Below, piece after piece: positions 26,072-36,412 of a DNA stretch of 64,000 nt (positions are counted from its first letter, which is position 1; each line of letters opens with the position of its first letter). The stretch is from the NCBI GenBank assembly GCA_900320225.1, contig ONRL01000003.1, forward strand, positions 48,509 through 112,508, written 5' to 3'. This stretch comes from an uncultured Lentisphaerota bacterium (GTDB lineage: Bacteria; Verrucomicrobiota; Kiritimatiellia; RFP12; UBA1067). Made by a program: the position numbers and the translations under genes. The notes beneath the pieces are model-generated. The model was not told the DNA's origin and did not search any database. It saw only the letters and a program-made list of their open reading frames with translations.

Positions 26072-27816
26072 ATGATGAAGAAATTTGGCATTCTTTCCGT
26101 GGCGGCGTTGGCCGCGCTGGCGGCGGGGGCGATGGAGACGGTCGACCTGAACGGTCTCTGGGACTTCCGCTTCGAGCGCGGGAAGTCGCTGGAGGAGGTG
26201 GCGTTGCCGGCATTCGAGGCGAACGACAAGATGACCGTGCCCGGCTGCTGGAACGCCTACTCGCACTACTTCAACCAGCACGGCACGGGCTGCTACCGGC
26301 GCACGTTCGAGCTCGCCGAGGCGGCGGTCGACGCCTTCCTCGTGGTGGACGGCGTGGGCCTCCGCTCGCGCTTCTGGGTGGACGGACGCGAGATCGGCTT
26401 CAGCAAGCTGCCGTGGAGCAAGTTCGAGTTCCGCACGGGGCCGCTCGCGGCCGGACGCCACGAGCTCGTGGCCGCCGTCGACTCCGTGGTGGACAACAAG
26501 AAGGTGAAGCTCTTCTGGGACTTCTACGACTTCTACCCCTACGGCGGCTTCCACCACGGTGTGAAGCTCGACGTGCAGGTGAAGCCCGTGGAGCTGCGCC
26601 GCGTGGTGGTGCGCACGCGCGACTACAAGACGGGCCGCGTGGAGCTGGAGGCGCAGTTCGTCGGAAAAGATGCGCCGCAGGACTTCACGGCGTCCGTCGC
26701 GTTCGATGGCGGCGCGCCGCGCGAGGTCGCCTTCGCGAACCGGCGCGCGACGCTGAACGTGCCCGACTTCAAGCTCTGGAGCCACGACGCGCCGAACCTC
26801 CACATCGTTTCTGTTCGCGTACGAGGCACGAACCACGAAGCACGAAGCACGCGCTTCGGCATCCGTCAGGTGGGCACGGCGAAGGGGCGCATCACGCTCA
26901 ACGGACGCCCCGTCTACCTCAAGGGCGTGAACCGCCACGAGTCGCACTACGAGTTCGGCGTGTCCACGCCCGTGCAGCTCATGTACGAGGACGTGCGCAA
27001 CCTGAAGGACCTCGGCGGCAACTTCATCCGCGGTAGCCACTACGCGCAGTGCGAGGCGTTCCTCGACCTCTGCGACGAGCTGGGCGTGCTCGTGTGGGAG
27101 GAGTCCCTTGGCTGGGGCAACAAGGCGAAGCAGGCGACCTCCAGGAGGAGGAGACGCGCCTCATGGCGCGCAACTCGATCAACCACCCGTGCGTGATCGT
27201 GAGCGCGTTCCTGAACGAGCCGGACTCCGACACGAAGGCCTGCAAGGCGCTCGTCGACCGTCTCCTCGCCGCGCTCCGCGCCGAGGACACCGGCCATCTC
27301 GTGACCTTCGCGTGCCACCGCAACCTGAAGGACATCTGCCATGCGAACACGGACATCATCGCCTACAACACCTACCCCTGCTGGTACTCCTGGGAGATGG
27401 AGACCGGCTCCTCCGAGGAGATGCGCCGCAACATCCGCGCGTGCCACGAGGAGATCGTGGCCTACTTCCGCAACCGCTACAAGGACCGCTACAAGGACGA
27501 CCGCCCGATCATCGTGAGCGAGACGGGCGTGAAGGCCGACTACGGCGTGCGCGACCCGCGCGGCCGCGCGCAGTACACGGAGGACCACCAGGCCGAGTAC
27601 GAGCGCATCATGCTCGAGGAGATGTTCGCGATGAAGGACATCGCCGGCGTCGCCATCTGGCAGTTCACCGACTGCAAGACCTACACGCGCACGCGCGGCG
27701 CGCGCAACCGCTCGTACGGCGTGAACACGGGCGGGCTCTACGACCTCTACCGCCGTCCGAAGCTCGTCGTCGACGAGGTGCGGAGGCTCTTCACCGCCAA
27801 GAGCGAGAGCGACTGA
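26072..27816 (+). pseudogene. glycoside hydrolase family 2 (beta-glucuronidase/galactosidase-like), frameshifted
   Basis: Signal peptide plus GH2 N-terminus run in one frame to 27196. The continuation (NHPCVIVSAFLNE..., IVSETG) is in another frame from about 27136. Alignment to the paralog at 40929-42797 places the frame change between 27120 and 27136, with about 17 codons missing. Confidence 0.6.
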
Positions 27817-27916
27817 CCAGTAACCCTTTACCGAGTTGAGTGTAGCCAAGGCGGAAAGGAACGGATGTCATGAGCGGCATAAACTCTTTGAGCGGACTCA
27901 TGTTGCCGGTTTCCAA

Positions 27917-27960
27917 TGTTGCCAATTTCCAATTGGTATTGGGTATTGGAATTGGCAACA
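27917..27960. repeat. TTGCCAAT/TTCCAAT-word hairpin
   Basis: TGTTGCCAATTTCCAAT ... ATTGGAATTGGCAACA (one bulge). A related one-armed tract lies at 7866-7920, and related words lie inside the DUF89 CDS around 40170-40200. Confidence 0.6.
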
Positions 27961-28013
27961 TTTCCACATTGGCAACATTCATCAGCCTAGAAGCATAAGG
28001 AGCAGCAAAGACA

Positions 28014-30824
28014 ATGGCAGTTGAACTGATCAACGCGACATTCGATGCGTTTGTGCAATTCGCGCAGACGCAGGAGGCGGCCGGCAAGCAAAAGGCGGTC
28101 GCCCGCCTCGATGCGGGCAAATTGGGCGGAATCGCCAACCGCACCATCAAGCCCGGGACCGGCGACTGGGTCGGCATCGGGGTGGGGCGTCTCGCCAGTC
28201 TGAAGAGGGCCAACAACATTACCCGCGACGCCTTCATGAAGGCGGTTGTCGACATGTTCGGAGGGGTGACCTACGTCCCTGACAGCGTGAAGGATGCCAT
28301 GAAGCTGGAGGACTACGGGAAGGGCAAGCCGCTCACTGCGCGGCGCATCCTTGCCGTCAAGGCAGCCATCGAAAACAGCGGCTTGCGGGAGCAGAAGGCG
28401 TTAGAGGTGAGCTTGGAGAAGACGGCGCTCGGGAAGGGCTACACGAAGGGTGAACTCCCCAGACTCGCAAAGGCCGTGAATTTCTACATGCGAACCGTGA
28501 ACTGCTCCGAAGCGGAAGCCCTCGAGGCCGTAACGACGCCCGGTTCGAAGGCAAACCGCCTCATGAACTACGGCGGAAGATTCCTGCAGAGCGCGGACAA
28601 CTTCAAGAACGGCCTGCGTCTCATGGATTCTTTCAAAAGCTGGTTTTCCGAAAACCATGCGAAGTTCGAAAGCATGAAGGACGGCAGGAACCTCAAATAC
28701 GAGGATGGCATGTCCATGACGCTCCTCAACACCTCCCAGACGGCGTTCAGCGAAACGAATCTGCTTGCGACGGAGAAGTTCGTTTTCGAGGAATTCGCGG
28801 TAAACGATTCAATCGACCTTGCCGAGACCGACACGAACAAGAACTTCGGCATCGAGAACAACACGGCGGCGAGCTGCATCCTGCGAGGCTTCAGTTCGGC
28901 CCGTACCCAGACGTTTGCGCAGATTCCGCCTGAGAAGCGCTCGCTCTTCCTGAAGGCGCTGACCGTTATGGTGCCGCCATCCGCCTCCAACGCGGCGGAG
29001 GCGGGCGTCTCCCACAGCAAGCGCAATACCTTGCTGACACGGCAGATTGGCATCTTGACGGCTCGCGTGCTTAAAAACTTCGACCAAATCGCCAACCTGC
29101 AAGACTCTGGCAAGTTCACGCAGGCGAATCTCGTGAAAACGTGCTTCCCGGAGATTCCAAAGCCTGGCGAAGATCCGATGGCGAAACTGAAGGTTCTGTA
29201 TGGCCAGTGGGAAGACTGCACCGCCGAAGAGCCGTTGGAGGAGCCGCCTCACAGGTATCCGCCGGATCTCTCCACGCCAATCCAGGACACGATGGAGGCG
29301 ACCGGCTGCTCGATCGAGGACGCCTACGAGATGGCCATGGGCAGGAAGCAACTGCCGACATTGCAGTACTACTCGTCGGGAACGCTGTCGCTCGCCTCGT
29401 TCGGCGGATCGCTCGACGAGGCGCGCAACCAGCTCGCCGGCGACCTGCACCGCGCGGAAGGCTACTTTTACGATACCGACGGGAAGCAGCTTCTGGGCGA
29501 CAAGGACGGCGTCTTCAGATTCAACCTGCCGGGCGGCAAATGCCTCGTCGCGACCAAATCCGGGCAGGTCAACGACAGCGGCAAGGCGGTCGTGGCCGGC
29601 CTCGAGGAGCTCTGCGGCAAGGTCCACCCGCGCCAGACCTCCAGCCTGCTGATGATGACAAGCCAGTCCGGTCTCGGCCCGCTCCGTGGCGCGCTCTCCG
29701 CATACGGAATCAGGTCCAGCGAACACTCGGCGGTGGACTTCACCATCACCAAGGACGACAAGACGGGCGACATCACGGTCCGCTACACCAGCCCCAAGGC
29801 GCTGCCGTTCTCGTTCGAGTGGACTGCCACGGTCAGCCCCGACGGTTACGTCAGCACCACGCCATTGAAGTTCCTCTCGGAGCAGCAGTTGGCGGATGCC
29901 CACAAGGCCGACGTCGAAGAGGTGAAAAACGCCATTGGAGGAGGCAATTCCAACCCGGTGCGGAACGAGGCCGCGGAAAAGGCCGCCGAATTGATCGTTG
30001 CGTCAGCGGCGGACGACCGCGATCTGATGGATTTGCTGAAAATGGACAATTACCAGGTCGTCAAAGGCTTCGCGCGGGATTTCAGAAACGAAGTCCGCTC
30101 GCCTGACGAGATCGCCGTGCGGCTTCAGCGGGTAAAGGAAAATCTGGACGAGCTTCGCACGGCGACCAAGGGCGATCCGCGCCTTTTCCAGACCGGATTG
30201 AAGCATTTGGTGCTGTTCAACGGCGGTGCGCTGAAGAGCGGAACGATCACGCGGCTGTGCGAAATGGCGGCCAGGGAGGACGTAAGCGGATTCCAGGGCC
30301 TTTCGGAATCGTCTTCTCCAGAGGATATCTTCGAAGCGATGTGCAAGCTGGACCGCACCGTGAACAAACTGTGCCGGGAGTCGCAGATCCTGGAAAACTT
30401 CCACGAGGGCGGCGGGGACGAGGCCGCCGGCGTGAACAGCTTTATCGCGGGACTCGTCTTTGCGCGCTGCGACGACAAGGCGCTCGCCGGATTCAAGGCG
30501 GCGATGAAATCCGACAATGGGCAGCAGATGTATTCTGCAATGATACAGCTGAGCGACGGCGACTTCCCCAAGGGGTACACGATTGCGCCACAGACCTGCA
30601 ATGTGATACAGCATCGTGTTGCCCGTTCGCTCGGCCTATCGTTCCACGAGGCCACGTGGACCACGCTCCACACGGTGCTCGGACAGCCACCGGGGTACGA
30701 CTCGACCAGTTTCTCGGAGCGTCCGGTCGAGGACGCGAGCTTCAGAAAGATAACGGATATCATCGTGAAGCACGTCGAAGAGGTGTACGGGTCCGAGCTT
30801 TATGACGCCCAGATCAATCCGTAG
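28014..30824 (+). CDS. large protein of unknown function, candidate type III secretion substrate
   Basis: 936 aa with no signal peptide, no TM segments and no catalytic motif I recognise. AAGGAG SD upstream. Immediately followed by a CesT-like chaperone gene. Confidence 0.4.
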   Translation: MAVELINATFDAFVQFAQTQEAAGKQKAVARLDAGKLGGIANRTIKPGTGDWVGIGVGRLASLKRANNITRDAFMKAVVDMFGGVTYVPDSVKDAMKLEDYGKGKPLTARRILAVKAAIENSGLREQKALEVSLEKTALGKGYTKGELPRLAKAVNFYMRTVNCSEAEALEAVTTPGSKANRLMNYGGRFLQSADNFKNGLRLMDSFKSWFSENHAKFESMKDGRNLKYEDGMSMTLLNTSQTAFSETNLLATEKFVFEEFAVNDSIDLAETDTNKNFGIENNTAASCILRGFSSARTQTFAQIPPEKRSLFLKALTVMVPPSASNAAEAGVSHSKRNTLLTRQIGILTARVLKNFDQIANLQDSGKFTQANLVKTCFPEIPKPGEDPMAKLKVLYGQWEDCTAEEPLEEPPHRYPPDLSTPIQDTMEATGCSIEDAYEMAMGRKQLPTLQYYSSGTLSLASFGGSLDEARNQLAGDLHRAEGYFYDTDGKQLLGDKDGVFRFNLPGGKCLVATKSGQVNDSGKAVVAGLEELCGKVHPRQTSSLLMMTSQSGLGPLRGALSAYGIRSSEHSAVDFTITKDDKTGDITVRYTSPKALPFSFEWTATVSPDGYVSTTPLKFLSEQQLADAHKADVEEVKNAIGGGNSNPVRNEAAEKAAELIVASAADDRDLMDLLKMDNYQVVKGFARDFRNEVRSPDEIAVRLQRVKENLDELRTATKGDPRLFQTGLKHLVLFNGGALKSGTITRLCEMAAREDVSGFQGLSESSSPEDIFEAMCKLDRTVNKLCRESQILENFHEGGGDEAAGVNSFIAGLVFARCDDKALAGFKAAMKSDNGQQMYSAMIQLSDGDFPKGYTIAPQTCNVIQHRVARSLGLSFHEATWTTLHTVLGQPPGYDSTSFSERPVEDASFRKITDIIVKHVEEVYGSELYDAQINP

Positions 30825-30860
30825 GCAATCTGATGAATGTAGCAATATGAGGAAACAACC

Positions 30861-31337
30861 ATGGAACTGAAAGAACTGATGTCCGCATTTGCGGAAAGAC
30901 TCGGAATCGAGGGGATCGAAGTCAAGGACGGCATCTGCTCCATGACGATCGACGACATCCCGATGGAATTCACGGAGTCGCCGGACGGTCTTGCCGTGGT
31001 GGGCGTCGCCGTCATCGGCGAACCGCCGCCTGAGAAGCGCGAGGCCTTCTATGAGATGCTTCTCGAGGCGAATACGCAGGTGTACGGGACGCTGGGCGTC
31101 GCCTTGTCGAAGCTGCCGGACACTGGCGAGATCGCCCTGATCGGCGGCCTCCCGTTCAAGGACCTGGAGATAAAGGAGTTCTGCAAGAGCCTGGACGAGT
31201 TCGTCAGCAAGGCCGAGGAATGGCGTGAGACGGTGGAGAATTTCCGCCCCGCCGCAGAAGAAGCCGCCGTCCGCGACGAGGAAGCGTCCCAGTTCCGCCG
31301 ATTCGGCATGAACGGCCCCGGCTTCATGAGTGTCTAG
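30861..31337 (+). CDS. CesT/SycE-like type III secretion chaperone
   Basis: 158-aa acidic protein. Its pattern (MELKELMSAFAERLGIEGIEVKDGICSMTIDDIPMEFTESPDGLAVVGVAVIG...AFYEMLLEANTQ...LGVALSKLPDTGEIALIGGLPFKDLEIKEFCKSLDEFVSKAEEWRE) follows the class I T3S chaperone layout. Confidence 0.6.
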   Translation: MELKELMSAFAERLGIEGIEVKDGICSMTIDDIPMEFTESPDGLAVVGVAVIGEPPPEKREAFYEMLLEANTQVYGTLGVALSKLPDTGEIALIGGLPFKDLEIKEFCKSLDEFVSKAEEWRETVENFRPAAEEAAVRDEEASQFRRFGMNGPGFMSV

Positions 31338-31401
31338 GCAAGTTTGTGTGCTACTATCGATGAAATAGTAGACATGAACCCGGACGTCACTGAAACGAGA
31401 C

Positions 31402-31430
31402 TTGCGCGGAGAGCAGATTTTTGGCATAAT
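31402..31430 (+). promoter_or_regulatory. promoter TTGCGC-17-TGgCATAAT
   Basis: -35 at 31402-07, extended -10 at 31422-30. ATG at 31459. Confidence 0.45.
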
Positions 31431-31458
31431 TGAGCGCGTCAAACCGAAAGGAATCCGT

Positions 31459-32769
31459 ATGAAGAAAGCCTCAATCGTCCGCCTCGCCGGCCTCGCCGCG
31501 CTGGGCCTCTGCTTCTGCCTCCAGGCCGAAGAGCTCGCACCATTCCCGAAATGGGGCGAGCCCCGCGCCATCACGAAGGGACCGCACGAGCATCTGTTCG
31601 CGAGCTACTTCGCGATCAACTCGTGGAGTCCCAACAACCGCTACGTGACCGTGCTCGAGACCGACCTCAACGGACGCCTCCCCGAGCCGAACGAGCGCTG
31701 CACGCTGGGCGTCGTGGACCTGCAGGACAACAACAAGTTCATCCCCGTGACCACCACGGCGTGCTGGAACTTCCAGGAGGCCGCAATGGCCCACTGGATC
31801 GACGACGACACCTTCCTCTTCAACGACGTGCGCAACGGCAAGTTCGTGACGGTGGTGATGAACTGGAAGACGAAGAAGGAAGTGCGCATCCTGCCGCTGC
31901 CCGTGAGCGCCGTGAGCGAGGACCGCACGTGGGCCGTGTCGATCAACTACGCGCGCCTCTCCCTCACGCGTCCCGACTACGGCTACGCCGGCCCCGGACA
32001 GGACGCCCGCGAGGACGTCGAGTGGCCCGAGGACGACGGCCTCTGGGTGATGGACCTCCGGACGGGCGAGCACAAGCTCATCCTCTCCGTCGCGCAGGGC
32101 CGCAGCCTCATGCCCGCCACGAAGGCGGATCCGAAGAAGCCCGGCCATCCCCTCGCCTACTACTGCCACACGATCATCCAGAAGGACAAGGCGGGCTCGC
32201 ACATCTTCTTCCTCGCGCGTTCGGTCGACTGGTTCGACAAGAAGATCCACAAGGCCTCGCGCTGGCACACGACGTCCTTCACCGTCCGCAAGGACGGCAC
32301 GGAGCTGCGCCGCTGCTTCAAGGACGGCTGGGCGGGCTCGCACTTCAACTGGGCGCCCGACGGCAGTCCGAAGCTGCTCGTCACGGCGGCGTGGGACGGC
32401 CACATCAAGGGCGAGTGGGCGCGCACGGCGTGGAGCCCCGTGGAGTTCACCGTGGGCGAGGAGGAGAAGGTGCGCCGCATCGGCGCGGGCGTGCTCGACT
32501 GGGACTGGCACTGCATCTACTCGCCCGACGGCAAGTTCATGAGCGGCGACACGTATTGGACCGCGAACAACGAGCGCCCGTTCGTGCTCGTTCGCCTCGC
32601 CGACGGCATGACGATGCCGATGGGCGCGTTCTTCGTGCCGGAGCCGTACCGCCAGACGTACTGGCGCTGCGACCTGCACGCGCGCTACCGCCCCGACGGC
32701 AAGCAGATCGGCTTCAACTCCGTGCACGAGGGTTCCCGCCAGGTCTACGTGCGCGACATCACGCCCTGA
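31459..32769 (+). CDS. secreted beta-propeller protein (TolB-like; distant oligogalacturonate-lyase-like)
   Basis: Signal peptide MKKASIVRLAGLAALGLCFCLQA. The C-terminal motif RYRPDGKQIGFNSVHEGSRQVYVRDI resembles the terminal blade of TolB/PL22 proteins. Function is tentative. Confidence 0.4.
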   Translation: MKKASIVRLAGLAALGLCFCLQAEELAPFPKWGEPRAITKGPHEHLFASYFAINSWSPNNRYVTVLETDLNGRLPEPNERCTLGVVDLQDNNKFIPVTTTACWNFQEAAMAHWIDDDTFLFNDVRNGKFVTVVMNWKTKKEVRILPLPVSAVSEDRTWAVSINYARLSLTRPDYGYAGPGQDAREDVEWPEDDGLWVMDLRTGEHKLILSVAQGRSLMPATKADPKKPGHPLAYYCHTIIQKDKAGSHIFFLARSVDWFDKKIHKASRWHTTSFTVRKDGTELRRCFKDGWAGSHFNWAPDGSPKLLVTAAWDGHIKGEWARTAWSPVEFTVGEEEKVRRIGAGVLDWDWHCIYSPDGKFMSGDTYWTANNERPFVLVRLADGMTMPMGAFFVPEPYRQTYWRCDLHARYRPDGKQIGFNSVHEGSRQVYVRDITP

Positions 32770-32772
32770 CGC

Positions 32773-35700
32773 ATGAAACGGCTCTCGTTGGTCACGGCGC
32801 TCGCGGCCGCCGCCCTCGCGGGCACGGCCGCCGTGCGTCCGTATGAATTCGACTGGGCGAACCGCACGGCCGACGACCGGCCGGTGCTGCTGCCCCTCGT
32901 GGACGCGGCGGGCTGGACCGTCTCGGCCACGAACGCCGTCGCCACCTTCGCGCGCGCCGACGCGCACTGCCTCTTCGGCGACGCCGTGCCGCGTCTCGTC
33001 TACCGCGGTACGGGTCCGAGCCCGCGCATCACGCTGCGTCCGCCCGCGCCCGTGCCCGTGAAGGGGCCGGTCGACACGGTGAGCGTGTGGGTGTACGGCA
33101 ACAACGTCTCATACGCGCGCGATCCGAGCACGCCGCCCGTGCACATCGAGGCGCTGTTCACGGACGCCGACGGCAAGCCGTTCTCCGTTTCGCTCTACAC
33201 CGTGCACCACCTCGAATGGTTTCTCGTGCAGCGCCGTCTCACGCCTGACCAGGCGGCGCGCCTCGCGCGCGGCGGCGCGTTCACGGGGTTCACCGTCACG
33301 GGCGGCACGAACGAGAAGGACCGTTGGATCGAGCTGACGAGCCTCGCCGTCTACCGCGAGGAGCTGAAGCCCCTCGCGTTCAAGCCGCGCCCGAAACGCC
33401 CGAACCGCGTGTTCCCGGACTGTCCGCCCGGCGTGAACACGGGCGACGGCGAACTTTCCTTCCCCAACCGCGCGCTCACCGTGGTGCCGCCCGCGGGCGA
33501 GCCGGCTGTGCAGTGGCGTCTGCCCGCGCGGGCGGGACGCTGGGATGACCTTGCGCTCATCGGCGCGGACGGCGTGGCGCGCCCGATCGCGCGCGGCGGC
33601 GGCGTGTTTTTCGCCGATGAGCGGTCGCGCGGGAGCGCGACCCTCCCGGCTGGGGAGTCGTTCAGCGTCACGACGAACGCGGTTTCGCCGCTGGACGTTG
33701 TCTACGCGGGCGCGTTCACGGATGCGGCGGGGGGCGTGCTCTCCCGTGCGCGCCTGCGCTTCCACGAGGAAGGGCAGTCGCTCGTCCTCGACCTGCAGGC
33801 GGACGGCGGGCGCGTGGCGGAGGTGCGGTTCGGGTCGTTCACGGAGGACGACCTCCCCGAGGCGTGGCTCTTCACGGTGCCGTACTGGTCGTACAGCATG
33901 ACGGGCGCCGAGAACCGTCCGCACGTCGCGTGCTTCACGCTCGACGGCCGCACGCACTTCCTCTCCGCGTTCATGGACTGGACGCAGTCGAACGCGTCCG
34001 AGCCGTACTGCACGCCCTACCTGTTCGACGGGTCGATGAGCGTGCACGGCGGCGTGCGCTACCGCGCGAAGACGGACGGCGCGCGCAACCCGTGCTACGA
34101 GCGGTTCGTGTGGAGCGCGTCCCGCGAGTTCGCCGACGTGCTGCCGTCCATCCCCAACCCGCCCTCGCCGCACCGCGCGCTGACGGCGGAGTACGAGTGG
34201 TGCCACTGCTTCGCGGGGGACCGCGAGAAGGACAAGGCGTACTGGCGCGACCGCCGCCGGCGCGGCCTCGCGAAGGTGTTCATCGGCGACCACGAGGTGT
34301 GCATGCGCGACGGCAACGAGAGCTTCACGTTCCGCACGCGCACGGCGCCGAAGAAGGGCGGCGACGAGGGGACGCGCGACTTCACGCGCTACATGATCGA
34401 CACGCTTGGCTACCTCTACGGGCCCTACAACAACTACACCGACTTCGCCCCCGTCAACGGCCTCTGGCACGCCGACCGCATGACGCGCCAGCCGGACGGC
34501 AACCTGCTCCCCGCATGGAACCGCTGCTACGCGCCAAAGCCCACGTTCGCCGTGGAGGCGTGCGAGTGGATCGTGCCCGAGCTCCAGCGCAAGTTCAACT
34601 TCAACTCCGGCTACTGCGACGTGCATACGTGCGTTTCGCCTTGGAGCCGTTGCGACTACGACGCGCGCGTGCCGGGCGCGGGCACGTTCGCCGGCACGTT
34701 CTACGCGTACGGCGAGCTGCTCGGGATGCAGCGGAAGTTCTGGACGGGTCCCGTCTACTCCGAGGGTGGCGTGCACTTCATGTACTGCGGCCTCGACGAC
34801 GGCAACTTCGCGCAGGACCAGGGCGCGCGGCTCGACGTCAACCCCTGGCTCGTCGACTTCGACCTCCTGCGGATGCATCCCCTCGCCAACAACTTCGGCA
34901 TGGGGTACCCGCGCATGTTCTACGGACGCGACGCCGTGCCGAAGGACCATGCGCTCTACATGGACCGTTTCCTCGCCGCGACGATCGCCTTCGGCCACGT
35001 GGGCTACTTCTTCACGGGCAAGCCCGACGAGGAGGAGCAGGGCTACTGGATGGTGCAGCCCCTCGCCGCGCGCTACGCGAAGGCGAACGCGGAGGAGATC
35101 CGCTACGCGGCCTTCTGCGGCAAGTTCGTGGACACGACCGACGCGCTCCTCTCCGGCGAATACCGCCGCTCGCAGGTGGCCGTGCGCTACGACGACGGCA
35201 CGCGCGTGGTCGTGAACGGCAGCCCGGACGGCGAGTGGCTGGTGCTGCCGCAGGCGGCCGCAAACCTCGCCGTTCCGCCGAACGGCTGGTTCGCGCTCTC
35301 CGGCGACGGGCAGGTCGCCTCCATCAGCGCGTTCCGCGCCGGCGGACGCGCGGACGCCTGCGCCGCGCCGGAATCCTTCTACATGGACGGCCGCGGCACG
35401 TGGTTCGACAGCGGCCGCGGCGCGACGGACGGCCGCCTCATCCGCCTCTTCGCCCCGGGAGGGTCGCGCTCCTGCGCGACCGAGACGGCTCCCCATACGG
35501 GAGGGTCGCGCTCCTGCGCGACCGAAGAAATCTTCATCCGCCATGCGAAGGAGGTCGAGCTGCCCTATGCGGCCGTTTCCGTGACGCGCCTTGACGCGGC
35601 GGGCGCGGAAATCGGCCCCGCCTCGTTCGCCGTCACGAACGGCCGCACGCGCCTCGTCGCCGACAAGGCCGCGTACTCGTACCGCGCCGTGAAGCCGGCG

Positions 35701-36279
35701 GGCTGGACGGAGCCGCCCGCCGCCGCGCTCGCGCAGGCATTCACGTTGCCGAAGGACTGGACGCCGCCGCCCGTTGCGAAACCAGCGCGTGCATTCACCT
35801 TGCCGTCTAACTTCGCGGCGGGCATGGCGCTGCGCGGGAAGGGCGAGGTGCCGCTGGACACCGCGACGGGCGCGAACGTACACCGCGCCACCGCCGTGGT
35901 GGGTGGCGTCGCGAAAGATGGCTACTACATGCACCCGCCGTACAAGCGCGGCACCGGCTACACGTTCATGCGCTGGCGTCTCAACCTGCCGGAGAAGCCG
36001 CTCACGTTCCACGCCTCCATCGGGAAGATCGACCGCAGTTCCACAGGCGACGGCACGCTCTACCGCGTCGTGGTGGAGGACGCGGCGGGCGTGCGCCATG
36101 TGGTCGCCGAGAAGCAGACGTGCGAGCACAGGTGGCAGGATCTCGTGGCGGACCTCTCGCCGTGGAAGGGCCAACGCGTGAAGTTCATGCTCGTTTCGGA
36201 CCCGGGCCCCGCCAACAACAACTACGGAGACCACTCGTCCTGGTGCGACCTCCGCTTCGACTGTATTGAAAACCAGTGA
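32773..36279 (+). CDS. large secreted protein, function unknown (possible glycan-active enzyme)
   Basis: Signal peptide MKRLSLVTALAAAALAGTAA and an uninterrupted 1168 codons. Contains in-frame palindromic modules at 33623-33647 and 35457-35522. Confidence 0.5.
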   Translation: MKRLSLVTALAAAALAGTAAVRPYEFDWANRTADDRPVLLPLVDAAGWTVSATNAVATFARADAHCLFGDAVPRLVYRGTGPSPRITLRPPAPVPVKGPVDTVSVWVYGNNVSYARDPSTPPVHIEALFTDADGKPFSVSLYTVHHLEWFLVQRRLTPDQAARLARGGAFTGFTVTGGTNEKDRWIELTSLAVYREELKPLAFKPRPKRPNRVFPDCPPGVNTGDGELSFPNRALTVVPPAGEPAVQWRLPARAGRWDDLALIGADGVARPIARGGGVFFADERSRGSATLPAGESFSVTTNAVSPLDVVYAGAFTDAAGGVLSRARLRFHEEGQSLVLDLQADGGRVAEVRFGSFTEDDLPEAWLFTVPYWSYSMTGAENRPHVACFTLDGRTHFLSAFMDWTQSNASEPYCTPYLFDGSMSVHGGVRYRAKTDGARNPCYERFVWSASREFADVLPSIPNPPSPHRALTAEYEWCHCFAGDREKDKAYWRDRRRRGLAKVFIGDHEVCMRDGNESFTFRTRTAPKKGGDEGTRDFTRYMIDTLGYLYGPYNNYTDFAPVNGLWHADRMTRQPDGNLLPAWNRCYAPKPTFAVEACEWIVPELQRKFNFNSGYCDVHTCVSPWSRCDYDARVPGAGTFAGTFYAYGELLGMQRKFWTGPVYSEGGVHFMYCGLDDGNFAQDQGARLDVNPWLVDFDLLRMHPLANNFGMGYPRMFYGRDAVPKDHALYMDRFLAATIAFGHVGYFFTGKPDEEEQGYWMVQPLAARYAKANAEEIRYAAFCGKFVDTTDALLSGEYRRSQVAVRYDDGTRVVVNGSPDGEWLVLPQAAANLAVPPNGWFALSGDGQVASISAFRAGGRADACAAPESFYMDGRGTWFDSGRGATDGRLIRLFAPGGSRSCATETAPHTGGSRSCATEEIFIRHAKEVELPYAAVSVTRLDAAGAEIGPASFAVTNGRTRLVADKAAYSYRAVKPAGWTEPPAAALAQAFTLPKDWTPPPVAKPARAFTLPSNFAAGMALRGKGEVPLDTATGANVHRATAVVGGVAKDGYYMHPPYKRGTGYTFMRWRLNLPEKPLTFHASIGKIDRSSTGDGTLYRVVVEDAAGVRHVVAEKQTCEHRWQDLVADLSPWKGQRVKFMLVSDPGPANNNYGDHSSWCDLRFDCIENQ
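33623..33647. repeat. GGTCGCGC..GCGCGACC-CTCCC palindromic module inside CDS
   Basis: GGTCGCGCGGGAGCGCGACCCTCCC, in frame within ORF 32773-36279. Confidence 0.6.
35457..35522. repeat. two direct copies of palindromic module GGGAGGGTCGCGCTCCTGCGCGACC inside CDS
   Basis: Copies at 35457-35481 and 35498-35522 with spacer GAGACGGCTCCCCATAC. Encodes GGSRSCATETAPHTGGSRSCAT; the reading frame is preserved. Confidence 0.8.
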
Positions 36280-36298
36280 CCCTGATTCGTTCGATTTT

Positions 36299-36385
36299 AG
36301 CCACAAAGAGACACAAAGAAACACAAAAGGTCAAATAAGCAAAAAGAATTATCTAATCTTTGTGGTCTTTGTGTTCTTTGTGGCT
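36299..36385. repeat. CACAAAG-word long hairpin after gene 32773-36279
   Basis: AGCCACAAAGAGACACAAAGAAACACAAAAG - AT-rich loop - CTTTGTGGTCTTTGTGTTCTTTGTGGCT. Confidence 0.75.
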
Positions 36386-36412
36386 AAAAAGAGCACCCAC
36401 TCATCGAGGAAA

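Noticed and set aside
26828-26852. The CACGAAC/CACGAAG stutter in the first GH2, considered as another in-frame element insertion.
   Set aside because: The encoded segment (RGTNHEARST) has the normal length for this GH2 region. It lacks the palindromic modules and is probably native sequence with a small duplication.
31351-31371. Hairpin CTACTAT-N7-ATAGTAG after the chaperone gene, considered as an intrinsic terminator.
   Set aside because: AT-rich 7-bp stem with no following T-run; too weak to call.
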